Shown here in pieces: positions 9,280 through 18,792 of a stretch of 64,000 nt of DNA (position 1 is its first letter; every line of letters starts with the position of its first letter). The notes under the pieces were generated by a model. That model did no database searches, was not told where the DNA came from, and saw only the letters and a program-made list of their open reading frames with translations. The position numbers and the translations under genes are program-made. The stretch is from Candidatus Bathyarchaeota archaeon. Lineage in GTDB: Archaea > Thermoproteota > Bathyarchaeia > TCS64. The stretch lies in NCBI GenBank assembly GCA_963771885.1, contig CAVYVF010000023.1:448001-512000 (forward strand), in the 5' to 3' direction.

Positions 9280-10611
9280 ATGCGTTCAGCTTGGATTACT
9301 ACCTTGAAGGCATTATGCTGTGCAGAGTTAAACGGTATGAGCGAAGAAGCCGCTATTAGAAAGACCTGCAAGCAGATCGGAATTAAGGACCATATAAATA
9401 TACAAAAAGCTAGCGAATTATTATACGCTGTATCGAAGAGGAGAAATGCACTCGATTATCGTATCAACCAAGCACTATTACCAGGCGACGTCGAAGCACT
9501 TGATGTCGGTGTAAGAAGCTTCCTCCGTATCTACACATACCTAGTACACTATGGTGGCTGTTCTCTCGCGGAGGCCCACAAATTTGTCGAGCACTCAAGA
9601 GAGATCCTTGGTAAAAAGACTCTCAGAGCCGTTGAGGAAGTGATTGACATAATTCCCCATCAGAAGATCCCGTGGGAGAATCTCAGTAGAGTTGAGGCGC
9701 TGGCATTTGAGAATTTTTTACCCCCTTGGTATGTCGAGTACATCAGCGACAACTTCGAGAAGGAGTTAGCGGCTGATCTCATGTCCCCCGTTGAGATCCC
9801 CAAGTATATTCGGATCAACTCTCTTCGTGGGGGTGAGTCAGTGATCCCCAAGTTAAGTGCTGATGGCTACCAACTCGAAGCTGTACCTGGAGTCCCCTAC
9901 GCTTACAAGGTTCAAGGATACTCAGTAGGGTTGACCGACACCGCCTCATACCGAGAAGGTGATTTCATGATGCAGGACAAGGCGAGTATGCTTGTCAGCG
10001 AGGTGGCGGCGCCGATGGCGGGAAATGTTGTGCTGGATGTATGTGCTGCGCCAGGGGCGAAGACAAGTCACCTCGCTCAGATCATGGGTAACCGAGGGAG
10101 AATAGTATCGGTAGATATCAACGTAGCCAGATTGGCGTCCTGGAAAGGGATAATGGAGAGACTTGGTGTTTCGATCGGAGAGGCAGTGATTGGTGACGCG
10201 TCTAAAGCTGATGGGCTCCCTGATGTTATCGCCGACTTGGTTTTGCTGGATCCCCCCTGCTCGGGTACGGGCACCTTCAATAAAATTCCGTCCCTGAAAT
10301 GGAGGGTAACTCACTCTTCAATCCTCGATTTTGCATCTCTCCAGAGTAGACTCTTGGAGAATGTGGCGGCGCATGTGAGGAGCGGAGGGTGGCTTGTTTA
10401 CAGCACATGCAGTGTATCTGTGGAAGAGAATGAGTTTGTTGTCAAGGGTTTTCTTGAGGGGCACCCGGAATTCAAGATTGTGGAGGCAAGTCCGAGATTG
10501 GGTTCACCGGGGTTACTTGGGCTGGTAGAGGCTCAGAGGCTATTCCCTAAAAGGCATGAGTGTGAGGGTTTCTTCATAGCTAAACTACGGAACAGTCCGG
10601 CTTTTGATTAA
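9280..10611 (+). CDS. RsmB/NOP2/Sun-family RNA cytosine-5 methyltransferase with NusB-like N-terminus
   Basis: QDKAS, DVCAAPGAKT, LLDPPCSGTG, YSTCS, EENE, EGFFIAKL; both catalytic Cys present. Confidence 0.92.
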   Translation: MRSAWITTLKALCCAELNGMSEEAAIRKTCKQIGIKDHINIQKASELLYAVSKRRNALDYRINQALLPGDVEALDVGVRSFLRIYTYLVHYGGCSLAEAHKFVEHSREILGKKTLRAVEEVIDIIPHQKIPWENLSRVEALAFENFLPPWYVEYISDNFEKELAADLMSPVEIPKYIRINSLRGGESVIPKLSADGYQLEAVPGVPYAYKVQGYSVGLTDTASYREGDFMMQDKASMLVSEVAAPMAGNVVLDVCAAPGAKTSHLAQIMGNRGRIVSVDINVARLASWKGIMERLGVSIGEAVIGDASKADGLPDVIADLVLLDPPCSGTGTFNKIPSLKWRVTHSSILDFASLQSRLLENVAAHVRSGGWLVYSTCSVSVEENEFVVKGFLEGHPEFKIVEASPRLGSPGLLGLVEAQRLFPKRHECEGFFIAKLRNSPAFD

Positions 10612-10778
10612 TTTGCGCACACGTTGCCTTGTCCCTAAATTCAGAACAAGCTTATTTTGACAGTTAGAGTCTCGTCATCCCATGGCGCCAACCAGAGGAG
10701 GTCCGATCTATAAGACAGGACGAACACGAGACCCTTGAGACACACGCGCGCCAAGTAACCTACCTCTAGAAGTCGGTA

Positions 10779-10826
10779 ACGACCGGCACACCGACCACCT
10801 CAGACTGAAAGCCACTAAAACGTGTT
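10779..10826 (+). repeat. 48-bp direct repeat, copy 2 (displaced rnpB 3' end; attR-like)
   Basis: ACGACCGGCACACCGACCACCTCAGACTGAAAGCCACTAAAACGTGTT; preceded by AGAAGTCGGTA, which resembles AGAAGGTGGGTT before copy 1. Confidence 0.9.
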
Positions 10827-10873
10827 CGATGGTCTTTTCTGAAAGCTTCTTTATGAAGAACTAAAGTAATCTA

Positions 10874-11623
10874 GTGATCCAGAGCTTGAGTCCTCAGGAT
10901 AAAATATCTGTAATCATGGCCATCCATAACGAGGAGACATATCTCCCAAAATCTCTAACTTGTTTGAAAAATGAGGACATAAAACTAATTGTTATATTAG
11001 ATCGTTGCACCGATAATTCAAAAAAAATTGTTGAAAACCTTTTTCCAGAAGCAATAATCGTGGAAAAAAAAGCAACAAGGTGGGTGAATAGCTACGCTGA
11101 GAATCTTCAAATTGGGTATGAAAAAACCACGGGAAAATACGTAGGGATACTCGACGCTGATATTTGTTGTCCTCCTGACACATTCGCATGTTTACAAAAG
11201 GAGTTGAACTTGCAGACAGCTTCGATTAGTGCAAATATTGTAACGGATAAGACAGCGTCTTTTATGAATCATCTTTATTATTTTTGGGAGAAAACCCACG
11301 ATTGGGGAGTTAAGGAAAGAGAACCTAGAGGCGCTATTCGAGTTATTCTAAGAGAGGCGTTAAATAATGTTGGGGGTTTTAAAGACACTCCTACTCCTGA
11401 TACCCAACTTGATTTAGATCTTAGAAAAGCCGGGTACATGTCAAATTTATCAAGAGATGTAGTATGTCTACACCTTAGGAAATTCTCCTTTAAAAAATCT
11501 ATTCAAACGCAAATTATCTCTGGTAGAACGAGGAGAAAGATGAAGATGCCTTTAATTAAGGTACTCGGCCACTCAATAGTCCGACTTAGACCTTTTGTTT
11601 TTTATGGATATTTAATTTCATAA
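10874..11623 (+). CDS. glycosyltransferase family 2 (AT-rich)
   Basis: ISVIMAIHNEE, DRCTDNS, DAD motif, VGGF. Confidence 0.85.
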   Translation: MIQSLSPQDKISVIMAIHNEETYLPKSLTCLKNEDIKLIVILDRCTDNSKKIVENLFPEAIIVEKKATRWVNSYAENLQIGYEKTTGKYVGILDADICCPPDTFACLQKELNLQTASISANIVTDKTASFMNHLYYFWEKTHDWGVKEREPRGAIRVILREALNNVGGFKDTPTPDTQLDLDLRKAGYMSNLSRDVVCLHLRKFSFKKSIQTQIISGRTRRKMKMPLIKVLGHSIVRLRPFVFYGYLIS

Positions 11624-11632
11624 TTGAGTTTT

Positions 11633-12790
11633 TTAGAATCGTTTTTTACTCTTCCCTTCCTTAATTTCTTCTAATGTTTTTTCCCACTTTAATGATGTTT
11701 CTTCTACAGAGAATTTTTTTACCCACAATCTACCTTGTTCAGATATTTGTTGATAGTATTTTTCGTCTGTAATTAATTGTTTTACATATTTTGCGAATTC
11801 ATTTGGGCCGTTTATTCTAAAGCCCGTTTCATTATGAATAACAGTTTCTTGTTGACCCCCGCCGTCAGCAACTATCGGAATACAACCTGCAGCTTGTGCT
11901 TCAATTGGGACAATACCAAAATGCTCCTCAGGGTTATAAGATAACAAAAATTTTGAATAGACTAACGTATCAATTATTTCATCGTAGGTAACATTCGTTT
12001 TTAACTCAATTGGATAAGACTTATTTTTTAATTCGTCAACTTTTTTAGTTATTTTTTCTGCATATAAAATACTCTCCGTTTTTTTAGACACTCCGCCTAC
12101 AATTTTTAAACTGCATTTATAATCGTCATATAAATCAAGATAAGCGTCGATAACATGATCAATTCCTTTAAAAGCATCTATTCTTCCAACATAGCATAAC
12201 TGGTTAATTTTTTCTTTTTTAATATTAAATTTGTTTATATCGACTGTTGGATATATCATTTTAAACGAAGATAAATTTACGTAATTACCCCATAATATTT
12301 TACAAATTTTCTCTGTATAATGAGAATTACATATAATGCAATCTAATCTAGATAATTGTTTATAATGCTGATACCAGTATGGTACTCTGTAAACCAGATA
12401 AGGTAAAGTATTTTTTCTTATTTTTAGCTCTGTCGGAAAATGACAATAATGAATTTTAATTATGTTATTAGGAACAGAATAAAAAACTCCTGGTTCAAGA
12501 TCAGCGGAAATTATTACATTAGGGTTAAACTCTTTAATGCATTTATTAATTGATGAACCAGAAGTCAGTAATGTTTTCCAAACAGTACCTTTAATATGAT
12601 TCCCAACCCATGAGGGTAAAAAAATATTTTCGATTCCATGAAATCCTTCAAAACTCTGTTCCTCTGGCCTTTCCCATGAACATAATGCAATTTTATGGTC
12701 AAATTTACTTAGCATCTGACATAGATCGGAAGCAAATTTATTTCCACCGCCTAGAATATTTGGATTTGTCACGGCAATAGCAATTTTCAT
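11633..12790 (-). CDS. glycosyltransferase family 4 (AT-rich)
   Basis: CNSHYT, YVGRIDAFKG, EHFGIVPIEAQAAG, GGQQETV. Confidence 0.9.
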   Translation of the reverse strand: MKIAIAVTNPNILGGGNKFASDLCQMLSKFDHKIALCSWERPEEQSFEGFHGIENIFLPSWVGNHIKGTVWKTLLTSGSSINKCIKEFNPNVIISADLEPGVFYSVPNNIIKIHYCHFPTELKIRKNTLPYLVYRVPYWYQHYKQLSRLDCIICNSHYTEKICKILWGNYVNLSSFKMIYPTVDINKFNIKKEKINQLCYVGRIDAFKGIDHVIDAYLDLYDDYKCSLKIVGGVSKKTESILYAEKITKKVDELKNKSYPIELKTNVTYDEIIDTLVYSKFLLSYNPEEHFGIVPIEAQAAGCIPIVADGGGQQETVIHNETGFRINGPNEFAKYVKQLITDEKYYQQISEQGRLWVKKFSVEETSLKWEKTLEEIKEGKSKKRF

Positions 12791-12952
12791 TATAATTAAT
12801 TCATACTAAGATCCATTTAAAGATAATATTGAATCATGTAAAGTTAGTAATTCAAATCACCTGTGTATAGTGGCCTATCTTTTATCTCTGTAAATAGTCC
12901 CTATTTTTATAATTTACATGAATTAACCTAAAACGCGTACATTAAAAGGAAT

Positions 12953-14293
12953 TTACCGTTTACGTAACTCGTCGAGGGAGACTATCGGGCAATCATTATA
13001 CTTGAAGCCCCCCGGAGGCATCCATCCCCCGAAGCGCTTCATCGCCTCTCCCAACTGCTTACCCGCAGGGTTCTCGGGCTTAAGCAGGGGATGGGTGAAG
13101 GCTGCCTCATCCCCTGATACCTCCGGGATGACCAGCTCATAGTCCTTAGAGCCCGCGCCGAGCAGGCTGCACGCGTTCGGGCTAATCCACTGACTCATCC
13201 CGTTTATCACAGTGAACTTTTCCTGGCCGGGCTCCATAACGTGCTTCTCTTCCGCGACGGAGCCGTGGATGCCATGTGCCTGAACAGACATATCGAGGGC
13301 CGCCACGTCGATAGCGACCATGTCTCGGGAAGCGAAGACGCCGAGGTTCGGCAGCACCGCCCTATCGGTGCCGGGGACGCAGTCACAGGCGGGGGTCAGA
13401 TCGAGGGCGTAGGTTAGGTATCCGATGCGCTCCTTACCGATGTGGCGCACGTAGCCCGCAGCGGCGTCTGCCATCGCAACGAGGAACCAGTTACTCCAGT
13501 CATCATACTTCTCCCTACCCCAGAGCCCACACCTGAAGAGCGGCCTCTGATGGCCGAAGCACCCTATGCACTTGGAGCCATCATAGGTCGCCCCGTCCTT
13601 CCCGATCTTGAGCGCGCCGGCTGGGCAGAGGTTATTGCAGACCACGTGGTTGGGGCACTCTTCCCCCTTGCACTTCTTGCCGTCGAAGCTCCAGCCGTTC
13701 CAGCCCACCTTCTGGTGGGTGCAGAGGTGCACGTTGAACTTTCCCCTCTTCGAGCTGCAGCCTATGGCGACGTTCTTTATGCTGCCCCCGTAGACGCCGT
13801 TGCCGTGCCCCTTGAAGTGGCTGACAACAATCACCGAGTCCGCGTCGGCGATCCCCCTCGCCAGGTACCCCTCCTTGAGCAGGAGACCATCGGGCAGGTC
13901 GACCCTGACGTCGTCCGTCCCGTACATGCCGTCGCTTATGATGATGGGGCACCCCATCGTCTCCGCCGTGAAGCCGTTGCGCGCTGCGTTCTCGAGGTAA
14001 AAGGACGCCGTGCAGCGGGCTCCATAGAAGTAGTAGGGCGCCGTCGTCGTGTCGGTCACGAAGGGCCTGCCCCCGAGCTCCTTCACCTTGTCGACTATCA
14101 CCCTGATAAGTATTGGGCGAAGGTATCCCGTGTTGAACCACTCACCCATGTGGCACTTTATAGCGACTGAGTCGCCGGGCTTGAAGCAGTCACCGAGGCC
14201 CGCGTGGTCAAACAGCTGCATCGCCTTCGCGGGTATGCTGGAGGACAGCGCCTTGTAGCGGTCATCCATGAAGTAGACTTTGCTCTTCATCAT
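12953..14293 (-). CDS. DUF362-family Fe-S protein
   Basis: VAIKCHMGE, GGRPFVTDT, SHFKGH...GGSIKNVAIGC, internal ferredoxin Cys motifs, CDC, ASRDMVAID. Confidence 0.85.
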   Translation of the reverse strand: MMKSKVYFMDDRYKALSSSIPAKAMQLFDHAGLGDCFKPGDSVAIKCHMGEWFNTGYLRPILIRVIVDKVKELGGRPFVTDTTTAPYYFYGARCTASFYLENAARNGFTAETMGCPIIISDGMYGTDDVRVDLPDGLLLKEGYLARGIADADSVIVVSHFKGHGNGVYGGSIKNVAIGCSSKRGKFNVHLCTHQKVGWNGWSFDGKKCKGEECPNHVVCNNLCPAGALKIGKDGATYDGSKCIGCFGHQRPLFRCGLWGREKYDDWSNWFLVAMADAAAGYVRHIGKERIGYLTYALDLTPACDCVPGTDRAVLPNLGVFASRDMVAIDVAALDMSVQAHGIHGSVAEEKHVMEPGQEKFTVINGMSQWISPNACSLLGAGSKDYELVIPEVSGDEAAFTHPLLKPENPAGKQLGEAMKRFGGWMPPGGFKYNDCPIVSLDELRKR

Positions 14294-14372
14294 CAGCCAC
14301 CAGATAATCGAGTATGAGTTGGCTCACGCTATTTAAAACAGGGCTGCGCTTAGACGGGACGGGTATCAGGCA

Positions 14373-14771
14373 TCAATCCAATGGCTTGGAGGGGGCCTGC
14401 GAGGCACTTCCCTTGTCGAATAGCACGCGCCATCGTCCCGGCGCCTCGAGCCGCCATATCGAGTTGAACCTACCTGTGACGTTCCCCGCCGGGTCACGTA
14501 CAGGACCCGTACTAAGAGCCAGGGTCCCCGAGGCGATGACCTCCACCTGATCCGGTTCCCAAGAGAACGGCGCCTCCTTCGAGGCGAAGTACCGAGACCA
14601 CCAGCTCAGCACAGCGGCTTTCCCCCGCAGCGGCGTCGGCCCGGTGAAGAATATGGCCTCCTCCGAAAGCCAGCTGGCGAAGGCTTCGACGTCACGGTCC
14701 GCCATCGACTTGGCGAACGCCCGCTCCGCGGCGATCACCGCTCTGCGTGCTTCCTCCAGTGCGCTACCCAT
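14373..14771 (-). CDS. NTF2-like / SnoaL-like (DUF4440-type) protein
   Basis: AERAFAKSMADRDVEAFAS, LRGKAAV, SWEPDQVEV, FNSIWR...WRVLFDKG. Confidence 0.75.
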   Translation of the reverse strand: MGSALEEARRAVIAAERAFAKSMADRDVEAFASWLSEEAIFFTGPTPLRGKAAVLSWWSRYFASKEAPFSWEPDQVEVIASGTLALSTGPVRDPAGNVTGRFNSIWRLEAPGRWRVLFDKGSASQAPSKPLD

Positions 14772-14864
14772 CTCGGTCTGTTGGCATGTTTTGCGTTTGG
14801 TTGCCTCGATTATTTAGCCTTGTCACTCTGTCGTCCACTTATCTTGGTGAGCCTATACGAAGAA

Positions 14865-15065
14865 TCAGCCGCCGCTTATCATGTGGATGACTGATACGGC
14901 TGCGTCTTCAGGGATATGGGTATCGCCGTACCTCTCCCTGGGTACGAGTTCCCCGTTTATAGCTACGTGGACGAGTGGGAACTTGTACCTCAGGCGGGCC
15001 AGCAGCTCGGTAACCGTCTCGTCCTCGACGTAGTCGATCTCATTCTTGTTGACGGTTATCTCCGT
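14865..15065 (-). CDS. ThiS/MoaD ubiquitin-like sulfur carrier (absent from the ORF track; begins ACG)
   Basis: xEITVNKNEIDYVEDETVTELLARLRYKFPLVHVAINGELVPRERYGDTHIPEDAAVSVIHMISGG-stop; C-terminal GG; AGGTGA SD 6 nt upstream; last gene of the AOR operon. Confidence 0.88.
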   Translation of the reverse strand, partial: TEITVNKNEIDYVEDETVTELLARLRYKFPLVHVAINGELVPRERYGDTHIPEDAAVSVIHMISGG

Positions 15066-15085
15066 GGCCCTTCACCTGCCTGATT

Positions 15086-17411
15086 CTACCACTTCTCCCA
15101 GTACCTTCGGTCGGCTGCGGGTGGCTTCTCGCTTCCGGCGTATTTTCCCCCCCAATTGTTCAGCCCCTTTTCCTCATCCTCGTCTATCTTCGTCTGCAGC
15201 ATCGAGAGCATCCTCTCATCGGTGCAGCCTAGGCTCCTCATCTTCTGCGGCGTCGGCACACCATTCTGCGTCCAGCCGCGTCGGTGGTAGACGGCGTCAG
15301 CGAGCCTCTGGTACTGGTCCTGTCTGTACCCATAGAGCCTACTAATCTTCTCCTCGACTGGCATAGCCTTCATCGCGTCCTTCGTTAAGCCGAGCTTCTC
15401 GATTAGCTGGGAGTCGTAGCGGTCTTTCCTAGACACGTACTCGAGGGTCGTCACTGGACCCATGGACCTGTAGGGTATCCAGTCGTCCTTCCTCCTGCCC
15501 CTACCCAGCCAGACGTTCATGGCGCGTTGCCAGTTGTAAGCTCTCTCGCTCTGATTGATCAGGTCGCTGGGACCCACTTTCATCCCGGTTACAGCAGAGA
15601 AGACTTCGGCGTAGTTCTGCACGTGCTCGGGCACCTTCGCAGGCTCGCTTGTCTTCGCGTTGTCGACTGGCTCGATGTCATTCCACGGCAGCTTGCAGAG
15701 GCCATTGAGACCGAACCACGTCCTCCACATCGGGAAGTAGTGAAGGGCCTCCGCCTTGTCCTTGAAGGTGGGGATCTGGTTGTTGACCATATCCATGAAG
15801 ATGAGCCAAGCCTCGTCGTGCTGCGGTCCTTTAAGCGTCAGCCCGTAGCCGCCTTGCATGGCGAGTGACTCCTTCGTCACGTACTGACTGTACTCGAGGC
15901 CCTTGCTCTCCATGCCGCACTCCTCAATGAGGTAGGGGTCTCCCCAGCCCTTCGTCTTGAGCCAGTCCTTTACGCGGCGTGCGCCTTTTGCGGCGACGCG
16001 TATGAACTCGCCCTCGTCCCCAGCGGCGATGCGGTGGAGTAGTTGGAGCGCCGCCTCGCCGTTGCCGAAGCATAGCTCGAGCCCGTCGCACCGCTCCTTG
16101 TTTAGGATGCCGTACTCGTACATCTCCATGTAGAAGGCGGTGGCCGTCCCCGCTGAGATAGTGTCCAGCCCATAGGTGTCACAGTAGAAGTTGAACTCGA
16201 GAATCCACAGCGGGTCCCAGAGGCTCATGTTTGATCCGGAGCCAAGGGTCTCGTACTCGGGGCCATCCACCGTGACTCGCTGCCCCTTGTATGGCCCCGT
16301 CATGACGGTGTAGTTGTCGACTGTCTTGGCGCACGCCATCGTGCAGCCGTGCCAGCAGCCGTCGGGGATGATCTTTGTGAATAACTTGTAGAGTTCGGGT
16401 GAGTAGAGGTTGGGTGCCTTTGGGAAGCTGCCGAAGCGATAGTTCTCCGTGGGGAGGAGGTCGTAGGCGTCCATGATCTCGACGAGGTGGGCGGTGCCGA
16501 CTGTCCTCATGTTGCACTGGAACTTATCCTGGTCCCTGATCTCCCTGTGTATCTTCACGCCTACCTCCGCAAGGGCATCTGGGTCGGCCGGGTGGTTGCT
16601 GACACCGTCGACCTTCTCGACTTTGACAACGATTGCCTTGACGCCCTTATCGCGCAGGACGGTGCCGAGTCCACCGCGCCCCGCCTGCTTAAGTCTAGGG
16701 GTCTTCCGGCGTATGTCGTAGAAGGAGAAGTTCATGCAGCCCCAGTAACTGTGCTCAGCGCCCTTCCCCGAGGAGACCGTTGACACCTTCTGGCGTGAGA
16801 GGTCTGTGTCCTCGGAGGCAGTACATGTGTGTGAGCTGCTCCGCGAGGAGGTGTGTGTTCGTCTCCTCGAGGGGCGCTGTCTCAATCGACACCGTGCCCT
16901 TCTCGCCGTCGATGACGATGAGTACATCCTCCTTTGACTTGCCCTGTATTTCGAGGGCGTCGAATCCGGCGAATTTTAGGTAAGGTCCGAAGAAGCCGCC
17001 GACGTTGCTGTCGCAGATGATATTCGTCGCTGGGGACACGGTGAGGCAGAGGCTCTTGCCTGAGCCTGGGTACTGCGTGGTACCGCAGAGAGGCCCGGTG
17101 GTTATGACGAGCTCGTTCTCTGGGCTGTCCCAGCGTGTATCTGGTTTAACGGCGTCCCAGAGGAGCTTGAGGCCGAAGCCCCTGCCACCAGTGAAGTACG
17201 CCTTCATCTCCTCGGGGACCCTCTTCTCACTGATCTCGCGAGTCGTGAGGTTGACGTAGAGTGTCCTGTTTGCGTAACCCTTTTCGACCATCCCCTTGGC
17301 ATAACTATACTGTACTAGCTCCCGGTGGGCAGAGCGAATCTTCGCGTAGTCCCATGAGTGCTTCGTGTTCTTTGCGTCGTATTCCTTGACGGGTACCTGT
17401 CCAACTGTCAT
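15086..17411 (-). CDS. aor: tungsten aldehyde:ferredoxin oxidoreductase family; 1-nt frameshift near 16820
   Basis: FTGGRGFG, DSNVGG.FGPYLKFAGFDA, QAGRGGLG, CWHGCTMAC, GPEYET, CDTYGLDTIS, GLCK; joins ORF-track pieces 16755-17852 and 15086-16927. Confidence 0.88.
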
Positions 17412-17413
17412 CT

Positions 17414-17852
17414 TTAGACCCCCAACTTGTGGTAGACAACTTTCTTTTGGTCGTCCACGCTCTTGTCGGCGAGCTCCAACGCGTTCTCCGGGCAGGCGCG
17501 GACACATGAGCCGCATGATATGCACTTGAACGGCTCTATCCTCGCAGGCGCCTTCCTCATGGCGGCGCTGGGACAGAATGCGACGCATGCCTGGCACCCG
17601 ACGCAGAGCTTCGCGTCCAGCGTGACGACACCCTTCGCGTTGCGCGACAGTGCACCCACGGAGCACATGTCGATGCAGAGGCCGCACTGGTTGCAGACGT
17701 TTGCACTTACGAACCCCCTTCTTCTCTGTTATCCGTATTGCTGACCTTTCCCCACCGCCCCCGGTGTTGAAGTGCACACTGGAGCAAGCTCCCTCACATG
17801 TGAGGCAGCCGGTACACTTCTCGGGGTGGAACTCGACGACCTTGACGCTCAT
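17414..17852 (-). CDS. 4Fe-4S dicluster ferredoxin-type subunit of the AOR operon; frameshift near 17705
   Basis: CTGCLTCEGAC, then CNQCGLCIDMC, CVGCQACVAFCP and CISCGSCVRACP in the shifted frame. Confidence 0.85.
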
Positions 17853-17903
17853 TTCGAAGACTATTGTCGGAACTCCTGAATAAAGTTTAACAACTGGGGC
17901 TTT

Positions 17904-18686
17904 CTAGCCGTAGAAGCCAGCGGTTAGACCACCGTCTACGAAGAGTATGTGGCCGTTGACGTAGCTGGACTCGTCGGAGGCGAGGAAGAGCGCCCCCTTG
18001 GCGATGTCCTCTGGCTGGGCGAAGCGCCCCATGGGTATTTTCTTGATTAGGAAGCTCTTAGTCTCCTCCGGGTTTGGCGCCGCCTCTATGGAGGCCGTCC
18101 ACTGCGGCGTTACTGTCTCACCGGGGACGAGGCCGTTGACCCTGATGCCATACTTACCGTAGTCGAGGCACATGCTACGCGTCAGCTCGCGCAGGCCTCC
18201 CTTAGAGGTACCGTAGGCGTGGTTGCCCATGTAGTTCATGTAGGCGTTGGTCGTGATGGTGTTGATTATCGAGCCGCCGCCCCTCTTGATCATAGCCGGT
18301 ACGACCTCCTTGCTTACGAGGAAGGTGCCGCGGAGGTTGAGGTTGATGAGCCTGTCCCACTCCTGCTCAGAGTCGTTGACGACGGTGTCGTTGTTCTCCT
18401 TCTGCCAGCCGCCGACGTTGTTGTGGAGGACGTCAACGCCGCCGTAGCGGTCGAGTACCTGCGCAACCATAGCCTTGACCTCGGCGTGCTTCGTGACATC
18501 TGCCCTGTAGAATGTGGCTTCTCCATTTTCCTTCTTGATGAGGCGCACAGTCTCTTCGCCGCCCCTCTCGCTGACGTCGTTTACAGCGACCTTAGCACCC
18601 TCCGAGGCGAAGAGTATGGCCACCGCCCTGCCTATTCCCGACCCCGCCCCCGTGATGAGGGCGGTCTTCCCCTGTAATCTGTTCAT
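17904..18686 (-). CDS. short-chain dehydrogenase/reductase
   Basis: TGAGSGIG, NNVGG, YGTSK, VDGG; likely start MNRLQGK. Confidence 0.92.
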   Translation of the reverse strand: MNRLQGKTALITGAGSGIGRAVAILFASEGAKVAVNDVSERGGEETVRLIKKENGEATFYRADVTKHAEVKAMVAQVLDRYGGVDVLHNNVGGWQKENNDTVVNDSEQEWDRLINLNLRGTFLVSKEVVPAMIKRGGGSIINTITTNAYMNYMGNHAYGTSKGGLRELTRSMCLDYGKYGIRVNGLVPGETVTPQWTASIEAAPNPEETKSFLIKKIPMGRFAQPEDIAKGALFLASDESSYVNGHILFVDGGLTAGFYG

Positions 18687-18792
18687 GACGGTTCTTCTTC
18701 CGCTGCGACGGTTAATATGTTTAAGGAGTCGCTTGCCCCCCGTGGGTCGCACTCATTAAATCACCGACGGCACTCATACACCTCGATCGTCC

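Larger units (their letters stand above)
7981..10778. mobile_element. putative integrated islet at the rnpB 3' end (no integrase seen)
   Basis: Bounded by the 48-bp direct repeat; lower GC than the flanks; long non-coding stretches. Confidence 0.6.

Noticed and set aside
7981..10778. Integron attC cassette array
   Set aside because: The short repeats lack RYYYAAC/GTTRRRY cores and a convincing palindrome, and no integron integrase is present.
16755..17852. Ferredoxin-AOR N-terminal fusion ORF
   Set aside because: It is a chimera created by the frameshift near 17705. The ferredoxin has its own stop at 17414, and AOR starts at 17411.
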